A DNA stretch of 64,000 nucleotides from an uncultured archaeon (GTDB lineage Archaea; Aenigmatarchaeota; Aenigmatarchaeia; QMZP01): contig CAZAEI010000002.1 of the NCBI GenBank assembly GCA_964484305.1, positions 11,715 through 75,714 of the forward strand, given 5' to 3'. The position numbers and the translations under genes were made by a program. The notes under the pieces were generated by a model. That model worked only from the letters and a program-made list of their open reading frames with translations. It had not been told where the DNA came from and made no database searches. Shown here piece after piece: positions 48,461-54,665 of the stretch (within the stretch, counting starts at the first letter, position 1; the number at the start of each line of letters is the position of its first letter).

Positions 48461-49710
48461 GTTCGCACCTCCAGCTTCTGGCACAGGGAGGCGTCCGCGC
48501 ACTCGTAGGCAACATCCTCCCTTTCAAGGGCATGCATAACGACTGCGTTTTCCGGGAGCCTGAGTGTTGTGGTCGGGACCGGTGCCTGAACGTCAAGGGT
48601 CTGGAGCTGGCCCCTGCTGAGCATCTCTGTGCCAACCCCCCTGGTTGCCTGAACTTCAGGTGTCTGGGGCTGTTCATTGCTGATTCTCTGTATATCGAAC
48701 CTCCAGCCGTCAAAAACAGAATCATCGTGCAGGTAGATGTTGTTCTCTGATGTGCTGAACACCTTGTACTTGGTCTCGTACATGGCCAGCCTGCCGCCTG
48801 CGTTGACCTTGATGGCCGAGCTGTGGTCGAGCTGGTCCTGCTCGGAAACGTTGACGTCAATCATCGGCCCGCCGTAGCCGTAACCGCCCTGCTCATCGGT
48901 GAACAGGCCGAACTGGAGGCCTGCGAGCGGCATGACCTCCCAGGGCTTCAGGATATTGATGTGCTCAAAGCTTGACACGAACCATGTCTCGTTCAGGCCG
49001 TCCCCTATCATCAGGCCGGAATGTACGATGAAGAAGCTGCCGTAATTCTCGATTCTGCTCCAGTTGTTCTCCTTGTCGGTGTCATAGATGTCGGAGAGCG
49101 TGCAGGGGTTTTCTGTGGTGCAGCGTTCATTGTTTCCGACTATCGTTATTGTGTCAGTTTCCGGGTCGTATGATATCCCGCTTGGGGTTTGGTAAACCTC
49201 ATCCCCGGATGGGATGACCTCTATGCCTGCCTGCTCCTGGGAGGGGTTCAGGAAACCCCTGCCGTTGAAGGCAACCGAGAGAGTGTGGATTCCTGAAAGG
49301 TCAGTGAGATGAATGTTTAGGGTGGCGTGGCCTGAGGTGTCTGTTAATTTTGACCCAATCAAATTGCCATCAAGGTAGAACTCCGTTTCAGCATCAGGAA
49401 GGGTATCGCCGTTATCCAGAAAGAGTGTGACGGGAAGGTCCAGGGTTTCGTTGTCATAGAAAACAGTTCTTTCGAGGGGGAGTTCGATTGCGGTGTTTGC
49501 CCGGATTTCTATGGTTCCGGCTGCCTCTATCGTTATAGTCTGAGAAGAAGGTTGGGTTATGTTCTCGAATTCTCCACCGGAGAGGTTGGCCAGGAAGTCG
49601 CCTGTGAGATTGGTGATGTTGGTGGCGTTCTGGGCAATCACCACCCCAGAGACCAGGAGCAGAAAAATGGCCCCTATCAGCACCTCTGACTGTGCAAGGC
49701 TGCTCTTCAT
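48457..49710 (-). CDS. Secreted protein of about 417 aa with a signal peptide, an Ig-like domain and a paralogue of the giant protein's N-terminal tip domain.
   Basis: MKSSLAQSEVLIGAIFLLLVSGVVIA|QNATNITN. The ATG at 49710 is preferred over the TTG at 49737 used by the ORF track. Its stop overlaps the giant gene's start (ATGA). CTTENPCTLSDIYD...LMIGDG..ETWFVSSFEHI...LQFGLFT aligns with CTTP...CTFYDIDL...LEIGDE..PTYFKSTNEHI...IQFGELT in the giant protein. Confidence 0.8.
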   Translation of the reverse strand: MKSSLAQSEVLIGAIFLLLVSGVVIAQNATNITNLTGDFLANLSGGEFENITQPSSQTITIEAAGTIEIRANTAIELPLERTVFYDNETLDLPVTLFLDNGDTLPDAETEFYLDGNLIGSKLTDTSGHATLNIHLTDLSGIHTLSVAFNGRGFLNPSQEQAGIEVIPSGDEVYQTPSGISYDPETDTITIVGNNERCTTENPCTLSDIYDTDKENNWSRIENYGSFFIVHSGLMIGDGLNETWFVSSFEHINILKPWEVMPLAGLQFGLFTDEQGGYGYGGPMIDVNVSEQDQLDHSSAIKVNAGGRLAMYETKYKVFSTSENNIYLHDDSVFDGWRFDIQRISNEQPQTPEVQATRGVGTEMLSRGQLQTLDVQAPVPTTTLRLPENAVVMHALEREDVAYECADASLCQKLEVRT

Positions 49711-49729
49711 CCCGTGCCTGTCTCTCTGG

Positions 49730-50413
49730 CTATTCAAAATACCTCACCAAAAGCTTTATTTCTCGCTCCCCTAGCTTGGAGGAAAGGGAAGCGGCAACCG
49801 TAAGTTCGCTTGTGCAGGTGGCTCCGGCAGGCACATCGCAATAATGGCTGCCGCTTCCCGCAAGAATGGAAATGCCATCCGGAAGAACCCATTCTATCTC
49901 CACATCATGGGCGTCAGTGTCTCCACGATTGGATATCTCGGCTGATAGAAGGAAGGGCTCGTTTCGGTTGGCCCTCCCGGGCATGTGTGGGCTGGTCTCG
50001 ATAACAGGGCCTGTGGCTTCTGGTTCCTGTTGTTCCTGGCCTGGTTGCTCCTGGGTCTGGTTCTGTCCTGATGTCTGGTTGGTGGGTTCTGGAAGGGTCT
50101 GGTTATCAGGAAGGGTGACGTTGGTTTCATCAAGCAGGAGTGTGATGTTTATTGTGATGTTTTCCTCTGGGAGGGTCAGGTTGGTTTCATTTATTGGAGC
50201 GCCCTCCCCTGTTTCTGATTCATTGAAGAAGACTGGCGTGTTGTTTTCTTTTGCAGGAAGGGTTGTGTTCTCTGTGATGTTTTCAGGGGACGTACTGGTT
50301 ATGTTGGCGGTCATGCCGCCGGTTATGTTGTCAGTGGCGTTCTGGGCCACAATCATTGTTGTCGGTATCAGGAGTAGAAAGAGGGCTGCGGCTAGGATTT
50401 GTGCCTGACCCAT
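49730..50413 (-). CDS. Small secreted protein of about 227 aa with a signal peptide, an N/T/E/Q-rich sequon-laden linker and a C-terminal CARDB-like domain.
   Basis: MGQAQILAAALFLLLIPTTMIVA|QNATDNIT; the leader is paralogous to that of the next gene. The C-terminus NEPFLLSAEISNRGDTDAHDVEIEWVLPDG is CARDB-like. The ATG at 50413 is preferred over 50464. No clear SD is present, and it is the first gene downstream of an AT-rich promoter gap. Confidence 0.7.
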   Translation of the reverse strand: MGQAQILAAALFLLLIPTTMIVAQNATDNITGGMTANITSTSPENITENTTLPAKENNTPVFFNESETGEGAPINETNLTLPEENITINITLLLDETNVTLPDNQTLPEPTNQTSGQNQTQEQPGQEQQEPEATGPVIETSPHMPGRANRNEPFLLSAEISNRGDTDAHDVEIEWVLPDGISILAGSGSHYCDVPAGATCTSELTVAASLSSKLGEREIKLLVRYFE

Positions 50414-50464
50414 CTGGGATTTTCTCTGCTTTAGATGAAATAGGTTCGCTATATCTGCCACCAA

Positions 50465-50614
50465 CGCCGCCCATGCTGTTGCAGTAACATGTTACTAATA
50501 GGTAGCATGGTTGTCGATTCCTATAAAATAGGATAATTAATATAGCTGAAACCCCAAAGTGTCGAATCGACACAGCGGGGGTGAGCACACGGCTTTTAAG
50601 ATTTCTATCCAAAC
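50465..50614. promoter_or_regulatory. Divergent promoter region between the surface-protein cluster and the GT2 gene.
   Basis: The gap is AT-rich and has TATA-like boxes (cctataaaatagg, ttaatatag, cttttaagattt). It contains the palindrome at 50559-50573. Confidence 0.5.
50559..50573. promoter_or_regulatory. Perfect palindrome GTGTCGA-A-TCGACAC, a candidate operator.
   Basis: Read directly. A related half-site arrangement lies at 51340-51351, and a GTGTCGA half-site lies at 51863. Confidence 0.45.
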
Positions 50615-51307
50615 ATGAAATGTGAGCCCATGCTTTCCATGATAATCCCTACATACAATGAAAGGGAGAACATTAGGCCCCCGGTGACAAGGCTCTCCAG
50701 GGTGTTGGGGGGATTGGATGTTGGTTCAGAGGTTATAATAGTTGATGATGATTCCCCTGACAGGACCTGGGAGGTCGCCCGGGAATTGGGCAGGGGCCTG
50801 AGCCTGAGGGTTATAAGGAGGCCTTACAGGAGGGGCCTCTCCTCAGCCATCATTGAGGGGCTGCGGGCAGCCATGGGGGGTGTAATCAGGGTGATGGATG
50901 CTGACCTCTCCCACCCGCCAGAGGCTATACCGGAGATGCTTGAGTGTATCAGTGGACATGATGTTGTTGTGGCGAGCAGGTATGCCACTGGTGGGAGGGT
51001 AATGGATTGGCCGGTGTCGAGGAGGGCGGTCTCCGTGATTGGCAGGCTCCTGGCCAGGCCCCTGATTGCTGTCAGGGATCCCATGTCCGGCTTCTTCCTG
51101 GTAAGGAGGGCTGTCGTTGGGGATTTGATTGAGGATATTGGCTTCAGGCCGAGGGGGTTCAAGATACTGCTGGACTTGATGGTCAGGTACAAAGAGTGTG
51201 GCCGAGGTGCCCTACAGGTTCTCGTGCAGGAAGGGCGGCAGAAGCAAGATGGGTCCTGGTGTGGCCTGGAGCTATGTATGCCATGTGGCCGGCCTCTGTA
51301 TATATAG
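50615..51307 (+). CDS. GT2 polyprenyl/dolichyl-phosphate sugar (mannose or glucose) synthase-like glycosyltransferase, with an apparent +1 frameshift near 51197-51200.
   Basis: MIIPTYNERENI, IIVDDDSPDRT, MDADLSHPPE and GFKILLDLMVRY are typical of DPM1-like GT2 enzymes. The conserved C-terminus AEVPYRFSCRKGGRSKMGPGVAWSYV... is encoded in the next frame (51201-51320). Confidence 0.8.
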   Translation: MKCEPMLSMIIPTYNERENIRPPVTRLSRVLGGLDVGSEVIIVDDDSPDRTWEVARELGRGLSLRVIRRPYRRGLSSAIIEGLRAAMGGVIRVMDADLSHPPEAIPEMLECISGHDVVVASRYATGGRVMDWPVSRRAVSVIGRLLARPLIAVRDPMSGFFLVRRAVVGDLIEDIGFRPRGFKILLDLMVRYKECGRGALQVLVQEGRQKQDGSWCGLELCMPCGRPLYI

Positions 51308-51339
51308 GATAATTGGTTAGTTATCCTAAAGGTTTATAT

Positions 51340-51351
51340 TGTCGACCGACA
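51340..51351. promoter_or_regulatory. Inverted repeat TGTCG-AC-CGACA between a TATA-like box (tttatatt) and the ATG of the wHTH gene.
   Basis: Read directly. It sits 10-20 nt upstream of ATG 51362. The TATA-like box lies about 25 nt upstream of the ATG, which suggests a leaderless or short-leader mRNA. Confidence 0.4.
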
Positions 51352-51361
51352 TATTTTAAAC

Positions 51362-51829
51362 ATGCCCAGGCTCTTTCGCTCCGGTGATGAAAAGCGGAGG
51401 GACATAAATTCCCTGCTTGTTCTTAAAAGCAAGCTCAGCCAGGAGCGGGTAAAGCTCAGGGAGGACTTCGATTCCAGGAAGGCCGACTGGATTGAGCAGA
51501 AGATGGATGACATCCTCTTCAGGCTCAGGGAGGTCGAGAAGAGGCTAGAGGGCGTCAGGAGGGAGCGGATTCATGACCTGCTCGAGTACGAGAAGCTCAC
51601 CAGCAAGTCAGGTAGGGAGAGGCCCGAGAGCCTGAGGACCCTGAAAGTGAAGAGCATGATAAAGAGCCTTCTTGAGGAGCACAAGAAGCTGGCATCATCT
51701 GACCTCAGCAGTCTCCTTAAGCTTTCCAGGACCAGGTGCAATGAATACCTGGTGGAGCTGGAGAGGGAGGGTATGGTCCAGGGAACGACAGTTCGACGCA
51801 AGAAGTTCTATAGGCTGAAGAAGCAGTGA
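51362..51829 (+). CDS. 155-aa coiled-coil protein with a C-terminal winged-helix DNA-binding domain, a putative transcriptional regulator.
   Basis: The C-terminus SSDLSSLLKLSRTRCNEYLVELEREGMVQGTTVRRKKFYRL looks like a wHTH (MarR/ArsR-like). The N-terminus is charged and helical. Confidence 0.6.
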   Translation: MPRLFRSGDEKRRDINSLLVLKSKLSQERVKLREDFDSRKADWIEQKMDDILFRLREVEKRLEGVRRERIHDLLEYEKLTSKSGRERPESLRTLKVKSMIKSLLEEHKKLASSDLSSLLKLSRTRCNEYLVELEREGMVQGTTVRRKKFYRLKKQ

Positions 51830-51833
51830 AACG

Positions 51834-51839
51834 TTTTTT
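51834..51839 (+). terminator. Oligo-T tract 5 nt after the wHTH gene's stop codon.
   Basis: tga aacg tttttt a. Archaeal terminators are typically oligo-T runs. Confidence 0.4.
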
Positions 51840-51884
51840 ATGAAAACAGAATCATGCAACTGTGTCGATTTACCTCGATAGGTG

Positions 51885-51899
51885 GCAGCAGCCTGCTGC
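51885..51899. terminator. Hairpin GCAGCAG-C-CTGCTGC between convergent genes.
   Basis: A perfect inverted repeat in the 106-nt convergent gap between the wHTH gene and MinD. Confidence 0.3.
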
Positions 51900-51935
51900 A
51901 CTACAGGATTTTGAATATTGCAAACCTGAAAGAAG

Positions 51936-52682
51936 TCAGCGGGAGAGCAGCCGCCTGATGCCGAGCATGCCCGGGGGCGAATACTCCTCCCCAACAAGGG
52001 CAGCGGCAATCCTCTTGAACTCCACTGCCGCCCTGGAGTGGGGCTTCAGGCTTACTATGGGGGTCTTCTCAAAGAGGCTCCTCTTGACATTCCTGTCCTC
52101 GGGAACCCTGCCTATCACATTGAGGTCACACATCTCCTCGATTTCCTCTGTGGTGAGCTCGAATTTGTCTCGAACCCTGTTGACCACAATACCTAGGGGC
52201 TCCTTGCCCATCTCTCTGGCCACCTTGATAACCTTGAGGGCGTCTGTCACAGCGGGTATCTCCGGGTTGGTGACAACAACCAAATCATCGCAGGCCTTGA
52301 GGACAAGGAGGGCGTCCTCCCTGAGCCCGGGAGGGGAGTCTATGAGTATTGTGCCTCTCAGGTCGCTCAGAACAGACTTGAGCCTGTAGGGCGTGGGGCT
52401 CTTGGTGATATAGTTCAGTGATATCGAGGCCGGGACAACCTTGAGGCCAGAGGGGTGGGTGTATATCGCGTTAAGAATTCCGATGTTGCCGTCAAGGGCG
52501 TCCTGGAGCCCCAGAGGGAACTGGTAGAACCCCAGCTGGAGGCCGAGGTTGGATGTGGAGAGGTCGACATCGACTGCCACCACATCCCTGCCGAAGCCTG
52601 CCATGGCCAGGGCGACATTGGCTGTGAACGTGGTCTTGCCAACCCCGCCCTTACCGGAAACGATGCCTATGATTTTCTCCAT
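51936..52682 (-). CDS. minD: Archaeal-type MinD/ParA-family P-loop ATPase.
   Basis: Deviant Walker A in MEKIIGIVSGKGGVGKTTFTANVA, with MinD-like length and motifs (DSPPG). A TATA-like cttttatat lies about 20 nt upstream. Confidence 0.85.
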   Translation of the reverse strand: MEKIIGIVSGKGGVGKTTFTANVALAMAGFGRDVVAVDVDLSTSNLGLQLGFYQFPLGLQDALDGNIGILNAIYTHPSGLKVVPASISLNYITKSPTPYRLKSVLSDLRGTILIDSPPGLREDALLVLKACDDLVVVTNPEIPAVTDALKVIKVAREMGKEPLGIVVNRVRDKFELTTEEIEEMCDLNVIGRVPEDRNVKRSLFEKTPIVSLKPHSRAAVEFKRIAAALVGEEYSPPGMLGIRRLLSR

Positions 52683-52712
52683 AACTAGAAATGATGGTAT
52701 GGATATAAAAGC

Positions 52713-53129
52713 TTAATCTGGTTTGCCATCAGCGAGCTCGAACTTGATCCCGTACTGGATGAGCCCCGAGGAACCGTCCTCGTGAATCTTCCTGAAGACC
52801 GGTCTGACCCGCATATCTATATCCACATCGTCCGGATTGCCTATCACCTGGCCGGATATCCTGGTTCCCTCATCGAGCTCGATTATGGCCACTGCATAGG
52901 GCGTGTATTTCTCGAAGCCCTCCGGGGGGACCCTGATTACGGTGTATGAGATTATACTGCCGAGGCCTGAGAACCGGAATTCCCTGATATCGCCCCTGCG
53001 CCTGCATGCAGGACAGAAGTCCTTGGGTGGGAAGTACGCTGTGTTGCAGGTGTGGCACTTCGTTCCCGTAAGGGTGTACCTGCTCTTCTGGAGCCTCCAG
53101 TACAGGGGGACGCTTGACCTGTGAGTCAT
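52713..53129 (-). CDS. DUF35 Zn-ribbon/OB-fold protein, the scaffold of the archaeal thiolase/HMG-CoA synthase complex.
   Basis: CHTCNTAYFPPKDFCPACRRRG forms a Zn ribbon and is followed by an OB-fold-like C-terminus. SD AAGGTGA lies 5 nt upstream of ATG 53129. The ORF-track extension MHAVPKGRKVSD is a translation of the hairpin repeat. Confidence 0.85.
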   Translation of the reverse strand: MTHRSSVPLYWRLQKSRYTLTGTKCHTCNTAYFPPKDFCPACRRRGDIREFRFSGLGSIISYTVIRVPPEGFEKYTPYAVAIIELDEGTRISGQVIGNPDDVDIDMRVRPVFRKIHEDGSSGLIQYGIKFELADGKPD

Positions 53130-53134
53130 ATCAC

Positions 53135-53250
53135 TCACCTTCCGTCCCTTCGGGACGGCATGCACTCATTCACCTTCCGTCCCTTCGGGACGGCATGTAC
53201 TCATTCACCTTCCGTCTGGTTTCATCCTGTTAATGACGGCATGTAATCAT
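53135..53250 (-). repeat. Three tandem hairpin plus SD units (35, 35 and 46 nt) filling the junction between thiolase and DUF35.
   Basis: The minus-strand units read (ATGAGTRC)ATGCCGTCCC-GAA-GGGACGGAAGGTGA. The third unit keeps both flanks but has a longer loop (CCGTC-attaacaggatgaaacca-GACGG). Confidence 0.85.
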
Positions 53251-54429
53251 TTACCTCTTTAATTTGGCGTCAGGGTTGGCCAGTATGCTGACCACCGCTG
53301 TTGCGCCGCTTCCTCCTATATTGAGGGCAAGACCTATGTTGACGCCGCTGACCTGCATGGGACCGTAATTGCCACGGAGCTGCATGGTCAGGTCAGCCAG
53401 CTGCCTTATGCCCGTTGCCCCCACCGGGTGGCCCACTGACTTGAGGCCGCCGGTTGTGTTTGTGGGTATCTCACCGCCTCTGGCCATCCTGCCCTCCTCC
53501 ACAAACCTGCCTCCCTGACCCTTCTCGCAGAACCCAAGGTCCTCCAGTGCGATGATTTCGTTTATGGAGAAGCAGTCATGGACCTCGGCTATGTCAATGT
53601 CCTTGTGTCCCAGGCCGGTCTCCTGGTAGGCCTTCCTGGCAGCCACCCTGGTGGCATTGAGCTCGGTAAGGCTCGCGCGGTCGTGCAGGGCAAGGGCGTC
53701 AGTGGCCTGCTGCGTACTGAGAACCCATATAGGGTTTTCAAGCTTCCTGGCAACATCCTCTGATGCCAGTATGACTGCTGCTGCGCCGTCTGTTATGGGA
53801 GAGCAGTCCAGGAGGGTGAGGGGGTCTGATATCATCGGGGACTTGAGGACCTGGTCCACTGTTACATCGTACCTGAACTGGGCCCTCTCGTTCAGGACCC
53901 CGTTTTTGTGGTTGTTCACGCTGACCATGGCCATCTGCTCCCTGGTGGTTCCGTACCGGGCCATGTGGCGCCTCGCTATGAGGGCATATAGCCCTGTAAA
54001 GGTAAGGCCTATGCTGGACTCCCATTCCTGGTCGCCCGCGCCCATGAGGGTGGCTATGGCGTCTGTCCCCTTGAGGTCGGTCATCTTCTCTGCGCCGGCT
54101 GCCATGATTACGTCATGCCTGCCGCTCTCTATGGCAATGCAGGCGTTCTTGAACGCCAGGGCCCCTGAGGCGCAGGCTGCCTCGAACCTGGTGGCCGGGA
54201 TGGGGGTCAGCCCTGCATGGTCAGCTGCCAGGGCCCCCAAGTGCTCCTGGCCGATGAACCTGCCTGCAGACATGTTGCCCACATAGAGGGCCTGGATGTC
54301 CTTGCCGTCCAGTTTGGAGTCCGCGAGGGCAAAGGCCCCTGCCTCTGTGGAGAGGTCCCTCAGGGAGCGCTCCCACTGCTCCCCGAATTTTGTGTATCCC
54401 ACGCCAACGATGGCGACCCTTCTAGCCAT
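53251..54429 (-). CDS. Acetyl-CoA C-acetyltransferase (archaeal thiolase).
   Basis: MARRVAIVGVGYTKFGE, the catalytic Cys context EAACASGALAF, and a C-terminal GGLKSVGHPVGATG block. SD AGGTGAT lies 4 nt upstream of ATG 54429. Confidence 0.9.
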   Translation of the reverse strand: MARRVAIVGVGYTKFGEQWERSLRDLSTEAGAFALADSKLDGKDIQALYVGNMSAGRFIGQEHLGALAADHAGLTPIPATRFEAACASGALAFKNACIAIESGRHDVIMAAGAEKMTDLKGTDAIATLMGAGDQEWESSIGLTFTGLYALIARRHMARYGTTREQMAMVSVNNHKNGVLNERAQFRYDVTVDQVLKSPMISDPLTLLDCSPITDGAAAVILASEDVARKLENPIWVLSTQQATDALALHDRASLTELNATRVAARKAYQETGLGHKDIDIAEVHDCFSINEIIALEDLGFCEKGQGGRFVEEGRMARGGEIPTNTTGGLKSVGHPVGATGIRQLADLTMQLRGNYGPMQVSGVNIGLALNIGGSGATAVVSILANPDAKLKR

Positions 54430-54661
54430 GAATATCACCTTCAGGGAGATTATTTAAGGGCCAGTAAAATCTTCCCATAACCCTGCCTCCGTTATAGATT
54501 TCGGCAAACACCCCTATTTCTAAAGGAATTATGTTGTAATGCCTCGGTAAGGATACCGAGTCTCCTGTTCTCTCCGCATGACTTATGTAGCCTTCCATGT
54601 CATCTCTCCATCCTGGCCAAAGCCCCTCGAATCTGTCAAGGAAGTCTTCGCGTGCACCCAT
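54422..54661 (-). CDS. Hypothetical 79-aa protein filling the HMGCS-thiolase gap.
   Basis: The ORF starts 4 nt after the HMGCS stop codon and ends overlapping the thiolase start. No recognisable motif and no strong SD. Confidence 0.35.
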   Translation of the reverse strand: MGAREDFLDRFEGLWPGWRDDMEGYISHAERTGDSVSLPRHYNIIPLEIGVFAEIYNGGRVMGRFYWPLNNLPEGDIHG

Positions 54662-54665
54662 AAAA

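Noticed and set aside
8135-48460. The giant ORF as an artefactual fusion of several adjacent genes or an assembly chimera.
   Set aside because: There is no stop codon in 40 kb and no internal SD plus signal-peptide restart. The domain grammar progresses smoothly, with one signal peptide and one TM helix at the ends. This is not fully excluded at the two exact repeats, where copy number needs long-read confirmation.
48461-48502. N-terminal extensions offered by the ORF track: MRGRLPVPEAGGAN on the giant protein, and similar ones at 53130-53165, 59744-59782, 62490-62522, 54430-54438, 50414-50464 and 49711-49737.
   Set aside because: In five of the seven cases an internal ATG has a well-spaced GGAGGTGA-type SD, and the extension translates the SD, the hairpin or the end of the upstream gene. 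At 50413 and 49710 there is no clear SD, and I chose the internal ATG because the Sec leader begins there. Some track starts are non-ATG codons (TTG or GTG).
53135-53250. The tandem 35-nt palindromic units (also at 63199-63321) as a possible mini CRISPR array.
   Set aside because: The units abut one another with no spacers. There are only three per locus. They sit between a stop codon and a start codon and carry the SD. No cas genes or leader are present.
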